DNA from: Patescibacteria group bacterium
GTDB lineage: Bacteria; Patescibacteriota; Kazan-3B-28
Length of the DNA stretch: 64,000 nucleotides
NCBI GenBank assembly: GCA_041649135.1
Contig: JBAZNQ010000001.1
Location: 361,983 to 425,982 of the forward strand
Reading direction: 5' to 3'
Below, in pieces: positions 27,614-36,644 of this stretch (its first letter is position 1; every line of letters starts with the position of its first letter). The translations under genes were made by a program, and so were the position numbers. A model generated the notes under the pieces. That model was not told the origin of the DNA and made no database searches. It worked only from the letters and a program-made list of their open reading frames with translations.

Positions 27614-28216
27614 ATGAGCGGACTGTTCATTGGCATTTCAGTAGACCCAGACCAAGCGGTTGCATGTCTAGACTCCGCTAGACAGATTTGGTCACGCCAT
27701 CCCTATATCCGCTGGTTCTCACCAGAATCATTACACTGCACTTTGGCCGACGTAGAGATTGAAACCAAGCAGTTTCACTGCGTCGCCCGCACAATGATGC
27801 AAGGTGTGATGGAACGAGTTAGTCTGGCATACCAGCAATTCTCAACAACCGTAAACCAATTCGCATGGTTCGGTTCAAAAAAGATACTGGTACTGACTAA
27901 CCCACAGGGCAACACCAACCTCAAATTGGCGCAGCTGTCCCGTACTTTAATTCGACGACTTCGAGGTCAAAGACTTAAAGTCACGCAGGGGCAACCATTC
28001 TGTGCCCACGTCAGTCTGGGCGAGCGGGATATGGCTGAAACCGTTGTGGATATTCACAGCTCCATCTATAACCCGCCCCCCACTCAACAACTTGTTCTTC
28101 GCCTCAACGTGAACAATCTTAGTCTCTACCGAGTCATCGCCCACCGCCAATACGAGATTGTATATACCGTTGAGCTCAAAACGCCCAAACAGGCATGCGA
28201 ACTGGCAATGGGATAG
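27614..28216 (+). CDS. 2H phosphoesterase (RNA 2',3'-cyclic phosphodiesterase / LigT-like)
   Basis: RLFI-like start (GLFIGI), two Hx[T/S] motifs LHCTLA and AHVSLG. Confidence 0.8.
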   Translation: MSGLFIGISVDPDQAVACLDSARQIWSRHPYIRWFSPESLHCTLADVEIETKQFHCVARTMMQGVMERVSLAYQQFSTTVNQFAWFGSKKILVLTNPQGNTNLKLAQLSRTLIRRLRGQRLKVTQGQPFCAHVSLGERDMAETVVDIHSSIYNPPPTQQLVLRLNVNNLSLYRVIAHRQYEIVYTVELKTPKQACELAMG

Positions 28217-28378
28217 ATAAGCAAAAGCCGAGGCATACGCCTCGGCTTTTATACTTCTCCCTCGTCCCTAGGTGGAGATGGGAGCAGGTCAGCTTGGTTC
28301 TGTCATCCGACAGAACTCGACTTCGTTGACTGACCGTTGAGGGAAGAACACACCTCGTTCTTTCCTCAAGAGCGTTAG

Positions 28379-28579
28379 TTAGACAGCGGCTTCGTCAGAC
28401 TTGACCTCTTCACCAGCCACAGCTGGAGTTTCGGCTTCTTCGACTTCGTCATCAGCCTCGTCAGTTCCGGCCGCATCAGCAGCTGGAGCGTCATCAGTTA
28501 CAACAGCGTCATCGGCTGGGGTAACTGGAGTCTCAACGATCTCTTCATTTTCCAATGGGGCGTTGTTCATGTCAGTCAT
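28379..28579 (-). CDS. Small acidic low-complexity protein
   Basis: MTDMNNAPLENEEIVETPVTPADD...; SD GGAG. Confidence 0.6.
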   Translation of the reverse strand: MTDMNNAPLENEEIVETPVTPADDAVVTDDAPAADAAGTDEADDEVEEAETPAVAGEEVKSDEAAV

Positions 28580-28774
28580 GATAATTTCTCCACGGATTAA
28601 CCTTGATATATCACGTAATCCCCAATCCTGCTGTCCAGCCGGATTGCGTGCGTTCACCTTACCACCCCCTATCAGATATAGCAACCTTATTCTTTATCAG
28701 GCACACTCACCTCACACCCCAGCTACAACTTCATACTGACTTTGACTAACCTCACACCTCAAGCTAAGATAACC

Positions 28775-28900
28775 ATGGAGATTAGGAAGCCGTCGGTGTT
28801 CGAGTCTCCTGCGAGGACCGTCCATCGGCGGAAAAAATCCCGCGGGGGCAAGCCATGCGGCATCCTATATCCAAGGCGGCTTTCAGCCGCCTTATTTTTT
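28775..28900 (+). ncRNA. Candidate orphan structured sRNA
   Basis: TTGACT-17-TAAGAT promoter at 28742, nested stems, terminator AAGGCGGC-TTTCA-GCCGCCTT-ATTTTTT. Confidence 0.4.
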
Positions 28901-29006
28901 ATTCACAAGCCCCGCGCTACTCGCGCGGGGCTTCTTCACCTATTTCCTTCACTTCGTAGATCATCCCGAAGCCTTGTGCGGAGGGTGACTTCACTCCTCC
29001 CCAACC

Positions 29007-29807
29007 TTAATTTTGGTCAGTTGGTTTGGATTGAATCGAAACCGGAATATTAAATTTCTTCGCCAATCCCTCCAACGCCCGCAATGCCTCCATCGGCACC
29101 ATAAAGACAACCGTGTTTGATTGGTCAGAACTAATGTCGTTAATGGATTGCAAAGTCCGCAAGTGCAGTGCGCCATCAGCGGAAGACAACGTCCTTGCCG
29201 CCTTCGCCATATTTTCTGACGCCACCACTTCACCCTCGGCTTTAATAATGACTGCTCGTTTCTCGCGCTCGGCTTCGGCCTGCTTACCGATCACCCGCTT
29301 CATTTCTTCCGGCAAAGTAATGTCTTTCAGCTCAACATTATTAACCTTGATTCCCCACGGATCCGTGTCCTTGTCGATCACCATTCGAATTTCTTCCGAT
29401 ACCCGATCTCTTTCTGACAACAATTCGTCCAAATTAACTTTGCCTACGGCATTACGCATCGTCGTTTGCGCCAACTGCGATACCGCGTAATAAAAATTCT
29501 CAACTTCCAACACTGCCTTATCGGCTGCGCTGACTTTGTAATAGATAACAGCATTTACGCTAACCGAAATATTATCTTTAGTAATCGCTTCCTGCGTTGG
29601 CACATCCACCGCTTTCACCCGAATATCAATTTTGCGATATGACTGAAAAATCGGCCACACCAATCGCCAACCCGGCTCCATAATTCCGGAATATCTTCCC
29701 AACGTAAACTTCACCCCTTTTTGATATTGGTTGATCTGTTTAATAGACACTAAAACGATCAACACAACCAGCCACCCCAAATTCCATAAAAAGAATTCCA
29801 TTTTCAA
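29007..29807 (-). CDS. SPFH / band-7 (stomatin-like, slipin) protein
   Basis: QEAITKDN, LAQTTMR, PWGIKV, QAEAEREKRA, ALHLRTLQ. Confidence 0.95.
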   Translation of the reverse strand: MKMEFFLWNLGWLVVLIVLVSIKQINQYQKGVKFTLGRYSGIMEPGWRLVWPIFQSYRKIDIRVKAVDVPTQEAITKDNISVSVNAVIYYKVSAADKAVLEVENFYYAVSQLAQTTMRNAVGKVNLDELLSERDRVSEEIRMVIDKDTDPWGIKVNNVELKDITLPEEMKRVIGKQAEAEREKRAVIIKAEGEVVASENMAKAARTLSSADGALHLRTLQSINDISSDQSNTVVFMVPMEALRALEGLAKKFNIPVSIQSKPTDQN

Positions 29808-29838
29808 AATCTCCTCTTTATCTTATATTTCCACGACC

Positions 29839-31134
29839 TTATCTTACGCTTCTTTCGGAAAACTTCTGCTGCGGCTCTTCCCCCTCCATCATCAACAAAT
29901 CTCTCATCAGCTCGCATGCTTCCGGTATCCGACGCAACCTCTCACGAGCATTCGAGACCAGTTGTCTTACATATTCTCTAGTTACACCCCCCTTTAGCAT
30001 TGTTCCTACTTCCGCCAGTACACGCATATCACCGCCCCTGTCTAAACCATAATGTAATCTGACTGCTTGGTATTGGAGATCTGATAAAGTCTTTCTCATG
30101 ATCGCATCCAACCTCCGCCAAATGATCATTTTATCAGATTCGTTAGCTGGATCACCACTCTCCGAATTTGCTATCTGATTGGCTGCCGTCACCGCTCTTC
30201 CCTGTTCCAAAGCAAACGCTGCCGGTCTGTCCAGTTCAAATATTTCTTGCGCGGCTCGGCAAACCTCCTGCCAATCCTCCAAAGTAATTCCTATTTCTTT
30301 TGCAACTTCATCTCCCGCCGGTATCCGTTGTTCCTCACCCATAACTTGTTCCATATATTTTCTTCCGAGACGAAGACGAGCCACCGCATATTCCGGAAGA
30401 CGTACTAACGGCACCTGTTCGATTATCGCTCTTCGCATTGCTTGACTAATCCACCAAGTTGCATAAGTTGACAGTTTGAACCCCCTGCTCAAATCAAATT
30501 TCTCAATCGCCGTCATCAAACCGATAGTTCCTTCCTGAATCAGATCTGCTAGCGGCAACCCGCGACCTTGATATCGTGCCGCAATATTCGCGACTAACCG
30601 CAAATTAGCCTCAACCAACTCATCAGAAGCCGCCCTTTCTCCCCTATGTTCTAACAACCAACGTTCCTCTTCTGGCGTTAACAAATCATGACTCCCAATT
30701 TCATCAAAAATAAATTGTTCTGCCGGATCTCCGACCAACGAGTTTACTGTACGCTTGCTTCTCCGCCTTCCACTATCAACACCACCGTAGGCTTGTTCTA
30801 GTTTAATCTTCGCACAAATCAACCCGACTAGTTCTGGATGTAACAGAACCCGCTCGCCACCATCATCATCATGAACCCAATCTTCATTCTCACCGTTATC
30901 ACTAATCTTTTTCGCCAATCGTTCCAATCTTTCAACTGGAACATCCAGCTCATCAGCCAAGTCGTCAGCAACAACATAATTTCCGACTGGTTCTGCCTTG
31001 TCCAATAACTCACCCACCACACACTCAACCATGGCTGCTGGCTTAACCAACGACAACTCATCCGATACGCTACTCGGATTTCCCACGCCCCCCTCCCACC
31101 CTACTCTTTGGCGTCTGGTCATAATATTGACCAA
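29839..31134 (-). CDS. Sigma-70 family (RpoD-like, alternative) sigma factor
   Basis: LVEANLRLVANIAARYQGRGLPLADLIQEGTIGL, KLSTYATWWI, GVTREYVRQ. Confidence 0.9.
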   Translation of the reverse strand: MVNIMTRRQRVGWEGGVGNPSSVSDELSLVKPAAMVECVVGELLDKAEPVGNYVVADDLADELDVPVERLERLAKKISDNGENEDWVHDDDGGERVLLHPELVGLICAKIKLEQAYGGVDSGRRRSKRTVNSLVGDPAEQFIFDEIGSHDLLTPEEERWLLEHRGERAASDELVEANLRLVANIAARYQGRGLPLADLIQEGTIGLMTAIEKFDLSRGFKLSTYATWWISQAMRRAIIEQVPLVRLPEYAVARLRLGRKYMEQVMGEEQRIPAGDEVAKEIGITLEDWQEVCRAAQEIFELDRPAAFALEQGRAVTAANQIANSESGDPANESDKMIIWRRLDAIMRKTLSDLQYQAVRLHYGLDRGGDMRVLAEVGTMLKGGVTREYVRQLVSNARERLRRIPEACELMRDLLMMEGEEPQQKFSERSVR

Positions 31135-31207
31135 TTATGATACGTCCAGCCTGATAAATCAAGCTGACAGAAGTTTGTGAACCTCGCTCTCTTTTCTCTA
31201 CCCTGCT

Positions 31208-31564
31208 CTACTGGCTCGGTCCCTGATTCCACGGCGCCTGCTGATCGCTAGCACCTGTACCAGTTGTTTCTAAACCCTGGTCACTCGGACCAGTTCCCCA
31301 CGGCGTCTGATTGGCAGACGCAGATGAACTACCGGTATTATCGGTGTTCTTATTCACAGACTGATCATCTCCCGTTATTACCGGTGTCACTATCGTATTC
31401 GGGTTAGTTACAGTTTCTAGGTCATCGGTCAGCTCATTTACTAAATTGTGCCTCGTCCCATCAGACTGATAGCTAACCACCGCTACCGTCCCACCGACTG
31501 CCAACACTCCCACCACTACCGCGATCAGCCAATGTTCTATGAGCCAAGCTATTAAAATCGGCAT
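31208..31564 (-). CDS. Hypothetical membrane-anchored protein
   Basis: N-terminal TM helix, S/T/G/Q-rich tail with twice-repeated PW..GPS; abuts the PBP stop. Confidence 0.65.
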   Translation of the reverse strand: MPILIAWLIEHWLIAVVVGVLAVGGTVAVVSYQSDGTRHNLVNELTDDLETVTNPNTIVTPVITGDDQSVNKNTDNTGSSSASANQTPWGTGPSDQGLETTGTGASDQQAPWNQGPSQ

Positions 31565-34114
31565 CTATCCTCCCGCTATCACATTGATACTATCCTCACT
31601 CTGACTGTTGTCATTTTTGATCAACTTCACCGTGACTGTATGTTGCTTGCCATCAAGCTTGGGCGATTTAATGATTTGTTTGAATGGCGCCGAAGTGATT
31701 TGCCCGACTACCGTACTGTCATACACAAATTCAATTCGCTTCACAGCAGCGATATTTTTCACCGATGCACTAACTTCAAAATCCCCCGTTATTTTTGTCC
31801 CATCGATCGGACTAGCAATCGTAATGTCTGGTAGGAGACTGCCGTCCAGCGGTCCGCTATAAGTTTCCGTTGGAACATTATTGTAGCCATGCGCAGTTGC
31901 CCACGTTATCACCGGATTTTCCCAATTCGAGCTACTTGGTCGTTCCGAATGTATCACAGCAAACACTTTATTTTCAGTTAATTCTGCTTGTGCATTCGCT
32001 GGCGCCAATTTACTAGCATCAGCCTTCATCACTTTTTTTACCACGTGCACATCATCGGTATCAGTCGGCACGCTCCAACTTGCAAACACTTCTGATTTAG
32101 TCGTCGGTGTCACTCCATCTACCGGCAATTTGCCGGACAATGCGTCCACCATCACATCTCGAATCCCATCCGGTCTGGCAAAAGCTTTATTCGGTACCCC
32201 AGACAGAGCTGATCGCATATATCGATTCCAAATTGGCGCCGCCACCAATCCCGAAGCTGCCGTCATCGATTCATTGCGATTGTTGCCTGCCCAGACTCCT
32301 GTCACTAAATCCGGTGTGTACCCGATCGTCCAACCGTCTATGTAATCATTAGTCGTTCCGGTCTTAGCCGCAACTGTTCTGCCTGATAATGTCAGCAAAC
32401 CGCCAGTCCCGAATATCCGTGCCCGCGCGCTATCATCCGACAAAATATTATTGATCAAATATGCCACTTGCGGATCCAGCACTTGCTTGGATTTTTCTGG
32501 TTCGTTTTCCTCCAGTACTCGGCCAAATTTATCTTCTACTTTTAATACCGCCATTGTTGGAGTCAGATTTCCACCAGTCGCAAACACACCGTAGGCTCTC
32601 GTTAGATCAAGCAACGTCACTTCACCACCACCCAATGTCAAAGATAAACCATATCGATCTGCTCCGCCGTTTAATGTCGTAATCCCCATGTCATGAGCGG
32701 TATCGATCGTTTGATCCACTCCCGCATACGCCAAAGTTTTTACCGCCGGAATGTTAATCGAATTGGCCAGCGCTTCCCGAATTGAAATCGGTCCCTGAAA
32801 CGTACCATCGTAGTTACGCGGACGATAACCCTGACCAAAATCCGTTGACACATCAGTTAGCATCGTCGCCGGCGCATAATCTTTTTTAAATGCGGTCGCG
32901 TACACGATCGGTTTTATCGCACTACCCGGCTGACGCTCTCGAACTGCCACGTTCACGTTACCTTCCGCTTCCATATCAAAATAATCCTTGCTTCCCACCA
33001 TCGCCAAGATCTCGCCGGTGTTCGGATCCAATGACACCAGCGCCGCATTGCCAGCATTGTATTTCTTCAAATTCGATTCTGCCAAACCAGCAATAATGTC
33101 TTCCGCCGCTTTTTGTTTCTCCACATCCAAAGTAGTTGTGATCCTCAAGCCTCCTTCTTCTAATATCTTTTCGCCATACTTCGCCGCTAGCAGTTCTTTG
33201 ACATACATCACAAAGTGCGGTGCCCGAATACTATCTCGTCTCGGAATAAATTTAATCTCCGCCACTTTGGCCGCATCATATTCACTTTTAGTGATGTAGC
33301 CCTGATTCTGCATCTGCATGAGCACCAAGTCTTTTCTCGCCATCAATAGATCTGGATTCTGACCATACGGCGAATACCGACTCGGTGCCTGTGGCAATGC
33401 CGCTAATACCGCCGCCTCCGGCAAAGTGATATCTTTCGCGTCTTTCCCAAAATAAGTTTGCGCCGCCTGCTGAATACCATATGCCCCGCTTCCGTACGGA
33501 ATTTCGTTGAGGTACAATTCCAAAATTTTATCCTTCGGATAAATCGCTTCGATCTCGAACGCTAAGATCAACTCTTTCGCTTTTCTGGTAATTGTCCGTG
33601 TATCGGACAATATCGCATTCTTTACAAATTGTTGAGTGATCGTCGAACCACCTTGAAAACCTTTACCGGTTAAAGGTTTAATAATTACCCCGCGTAAGAA
33701 ACCTTTAATATCAAATCCGTTATGATGATAGAAATCTTTGTCTTCGATCGCGACTGTCGCCTGCTTGATATCTTCTGGCATATCAGCATACGCGATCGTT
33801 GTCCGATTTTTCCCATTCGAAATGTCATATAACACCGCCCCATCTCGATCAAATACTTTAGTCGAGTCCGTTGCCGCATAAATTACCAATCGAGCCGGAT
33901 TCGGTAAACCGATCGAGAACGCCGCCATTGAGAAACTGAATACAAACAGTACACCGACAAATACCGCCAAAAACAATCGGGATGGTGTATCGACGCCGTA
34001 TCTACCGAGCATGGTAAACACCCGCTTTTTGGTTTTGCGGGCAATAGCTCGCGCCTTCATCTTCCGGCGAAGTTTCTCATACTCGCTCGGTCCAAATGGC
34101 ATTAATTCACTCAT
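31565..34114 (-). CDS. Class A penicillin-binding protein (PBP1A family) with C-terminal Ig-like domain
   Basis: EDKDFYHH, GGSTITQQ, RKAKE; transpeptidase SAIK, SIN, KTG. Confidence 0.95.
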   Translation of the reverse strand: MSELMPFGPSEYEKLRRKMKARAIARKTKKRVFTMLGRYGVDTPSRLFLAVFVGVLFVFSFSMAAFSIGLPNPARLVIYAATDSTKVFDRDGAVLYDISNGKNRTTIAYADMPEDIKQATVAIEDKDFYHHNGFDIKGFLRGVIIKPLTGKGFQGGSTITQQFVKNAILSDTRTITRKAKELILAFEIEAIYPKDKILELYLNEIPYGSGAYGIQQAAQTYFGKDAKDITLPEAAVLAALPQAPSRYSPYGQNPDLLMARKDLVLMQMQNQGYITKSEYDAAKVAEIKFIPRRDSIRAPHFVMYVKELLAAKYGEKILEEGGLRITTTLDVEKQKAAEDIIAGLAESNLKKYNAGNAALVSLDPNTGEILAMVGSKDYFDMEAEGNVNVAVRERQPGSAIKPIVYATAFKKDYAPATMLTDVSTDFGQGYRPRNYDGTFQGPISIREALANSINIPAVKTLAYAGVDQTIDTAHDMGITTLNGGADRYGLSLTLGGGEVTLLDLTRAYGVFATGGNLTPTMAVLKVEDKFGRVLEENEPEKSKQVLDPQVAYLINNILSDDSARARIFGTGGLLTLSGRTVAAKTGTTNDYIDGWTIGYTPDLVTGVWAGNNRNESMTAASGLVAAPIWNRYMRSALSGVPNKAFARPDGIRDVMVDALSGKLPVDGVTPTTKSEVFASWSVPTDTDDVHVVKKVMKADASKLAPANAQAELTENKVFAVIHSERPSSSNWENPVITWATAHGYNNVPTETYSGPLDGSLLPDITIASPIDGTKITGDFEVSASVKNIAAVKRIEFVYDSTVVGQITSAPFKQIIKSPKLDGKQHTVTVKLIKNDNSQSEDSINVIAGG

Positions 34115-34253
34115 AGGCAGACTTATAGATTAATGGACAGATGGACTTATAGATCAAAATCTATCGATTAGTCTATTCGTCTACTGGTCTATCTGTCCAG
34201 CCAACTCCTATTATATCACCCCAAGCTAAGAGCCATTCTGATACAATATCAGG

Positions 34254-34712
34254 GTGAACAGACCATCTGGGCAAGTTGAAGTTGTCGCTTCTGGCCTCGT
34301 GATAAATCCCGAAGGTAAGATTTTGCTTGTTCGCTCACCCAAATGGAATAACACTTGGGTCATTCCCGGCGGTCACGTTGATTACCGCGAGAAGTTAACA
34401 GACGCCGCCGTGCGTGAAGTAAAGGAAGAAACCGGATTAGATACCAATGCTCTTTATTGTGTCAGCACAGGGAATCTAGTTGACGATCCGACCTTCCCTC
34501 GCGCCTGTCAATTAGTGTTCTTCCACTTTGTCTGTCAAGCCCACACCTCCGAATGCCAAATCGATAACCGCGAAGCTGTTGAATTCGCTTGGTTTACTCA
34601 AGAGGAAGTATTACAGCAAAATCTTGCAAGCCTAGTAGCACCCACAATCCAAAACTATATTGATGGGGTAAAAATTCCTATCGCCGAAGCTATATTCCAG
34701 CCCCGCGACTGA
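34254..34712 (+). CDS. NUDIX hydrolase
   Basis: PGGHVDYREKLTDAAVREVKEETGL Nudix box. Confidence 0.92.
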   Translation: MNRPSGQVEVVASGLVINPEGKILLVRSPKWNNTWVIPGGHVDYREKLTDAAVREVKEETGLDTNALYCVSTGNLVDDPTFPRACQLVFFHFVCQAHTSECQIDNREAVEFAWFTQEEVLQQNLASLVAPTIQNYIDGVKIPIAEAIFQPRD

Positions 34713-34724
34713 TACAATAAAACC

Positions 34725-35924
34725 ATGAAGAAACTCAATCAACCAGAATTAGACGAGTTCTTAAGCCGTAGAGTAGAAAGCATTATCGGTGAGAAAGAAC
34801 TTCGTGCCAAACTGATGTCCGGTAAGAAACTCCGGATCAAATATGGTGTTGATGTTACTGCCCCGTTCTTACATATCGGCCACGCCGTTAACCTTTGGAT
34901 GATGCGCGAGCTCCAAGACTTGGGGCATACAGTCATTTTCCTGATCGGCGGGATGACTACTCGCATCGGCGATCCAACTGGTAAATCAGAGACTCGCAAA
35001 ATCATATCCACCAAAGATATTCAAAAAAATACTAAAGAGTTTATCAAACAAGTCAGCAAAATTCTCCGCACAGACAAATCCGTCTTTGAAATCCGCAACA
35101 ACTACGATTGGTTTGGGAAAATGAAAGCCGAAGAATTTTTGAGCCTACTCTCGCAAGTTACTCATGCCCAACTCATTGAACGAGATATGTTCCAAAAACG
35201 AATTAAGGAGGGCAAGGAAATCCGTATGCACGAGATGCTTTATCCAATTCTCCAAGGCTACGACTCTGTCGTACTTAAATCCGACCTCACTATTGTCGGC
35301 AATGATCAGCTCTTCAACGAAAAGATGGGACGCTTCTTCCAAGAGAAATTCCGCCAAGCCCCGCAAGCCATCATCACGACCAAAATCACCCCTGGACTGG
35401 ATGGAGTACAAAAGCAAAGCAAAAGTCTGGGTAATTACATCGCTATTACTGATATTGCCAAAGATATGTTTGGCAAACTCATGAGCCTGCCGGACAGCTT
35501 GGTCAAATCCTATTTTTATGTCTACACTAGCATTCCCGATTCAGACATTAAAAAAATGTTCAGAACTCTACACCCCCGCGACTTTAAGATGCGCTTGGCT
35601 CACACCATCGTTTCGATGTATCACGGAGTTAAAGCCGCCGACAGAGCCCAATCCGATTTCGTATCTGTTTTCCAAAAACATGATTTGCCAAAAGACCTTC
35701 CTTCGGCAACTCTCTCCAAACCAATGCCGATCATGGAGTTGTTGGCCAAACACAAATTAGCCAGCTCCAATTCCGACGCTCGCCGACTGATCCAACAAGG
35801 TGGTGTAAAGTTAGACGACCAAACTATCACCGACATCAATTTTTCTGTTATGCCACCCAAACGCGTTGGCAAAACCTCTCTAGTTCTCCAAGTCGGCAAA
35901 CGCCGCTTCCTGAAATTGAAATAA
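34725..35924 (+). CDS. tyrS: Tyrosine--tRNA ligase
   Basis: HIGH, YPILQGYD, KQSKS (KMSKS variant), C-terminal S4 domain. Confidence 0.96.
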   Translation: MKKLNQPELDEFLSRRVESIIGEKELRAKLMSGKKLRIKYGVDVTAPFLHIGHAVNLWMMRELQDLGHTVIFLIGGMTTRIGDPTGKSETRKIISTKDIQKNTKEFIKQVSKILRTDKSVFEIRNNYDWFGKMKAEEFLSLLSQVTHAQLIERDMFQKRIKEGKEIRMHEMLYPILQGYDSVVLKSDLTIVGNDQLFNEKMGRFFQEKFRQAPQAIITTKITPGLDGVQKQSKSLGNYIAITDIAKDMFGKLMSLPDSLVKSYFYVYTSIPDSDIKKMFRTLHPRDFKMRLAHTIVSMYHGVKAADRAQSDFVSVFQKHDLPKDLPSATLSKPMPIMELLAKHKLASSNSDARRLIQQGGVKLDDQTITDINFSVMPPKRVGKTSLVLQVGKRRFLKLK

Positions 35925-35975
35925 CCCCCATCCATCATTCTCTAGCTTAACCAGAGAATCCCCGCCCTTATTTTC

Positions 35976-36062
35976 GTCATTCCCGCGCAGGCGGGAATCC
36001 AGAAAAGAACAAGAAAAAATATTTTTGTTTCTGTCTAGATTCCGGATCAAGTCCGGAATGAC
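35976..36062. repeat. dRS3/REP-like element (GTCATTCCCGCG.AGGCGGGAATCC...GGAATGAC); relatives at ~19948-20020, 36533-36557, 38833-38946, 40198-40282, 62798-62922
   Basis: ATTCCC-N8-GGGAAT cores and terminal GTCAT/ATGAC inverted ends. Confidence 0.85.
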
Positions 36063-36644
36063 AGGAAAAAGAAGACCGCCCTTTCGGGCGACCTTCTCCA
36101 AAACCAAAACATCAAAATCTAATCCACTACCATCAAAATTTTCGCTAACCAAACCGATTCATCCTCTGTGTTATTACAAACAAACTTATATATCCCCAAG
36201 CGAGCCTTGCGAGATAAATTATTAAAAGCCAAGTAAGCTTTGGAAAATACTCCGTACATTTTGTGCTACGTTGTTAGTATTGCCAGTTTGTCTGGTCCGG
36301 TAAACGGCTGACCGCTTCCGAAGCCGACTGTTTGGATGAGTCTCCCTCCGAAACTCCATCCCAGTAAAGTCAATAACTTTTGTATTTTTCATTCTGGGTG
36401 CACATTTCTTAATATGACACCCCCCAATCCATTTGATTCTATTATACCGCAAAATCACCTCCCAGTCAAGATTTTTCCGCTCCCAGACCTGATAATTCCC
36501 ACTTTTCCTCCTATGGACACCCACAGAAACTAGATTCCCGCCTTCGCGGGAATGACAGCTTGGGGTCTAGATGACAAAATAAAAGCGCTTACAAAGCGCC
36601 ACCGCAACTATTCACTTATCACTTTTAACTTTTCACTTCCCCTT

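Noticed and set aside
36059-36095. GKRR peptide after tyrS as a displaced tyrS tail
   Set aside because: It derives from the terminator family AAAAGAAGACCGCCCTTTCGGGCG also seen at ~18380, and there is no matching stop.
36222-36524. ORF between tyrS and recG
   Set aside because: No motifs or clear start signal; a 45-aa version (36222-36359) is possible but unsupported.
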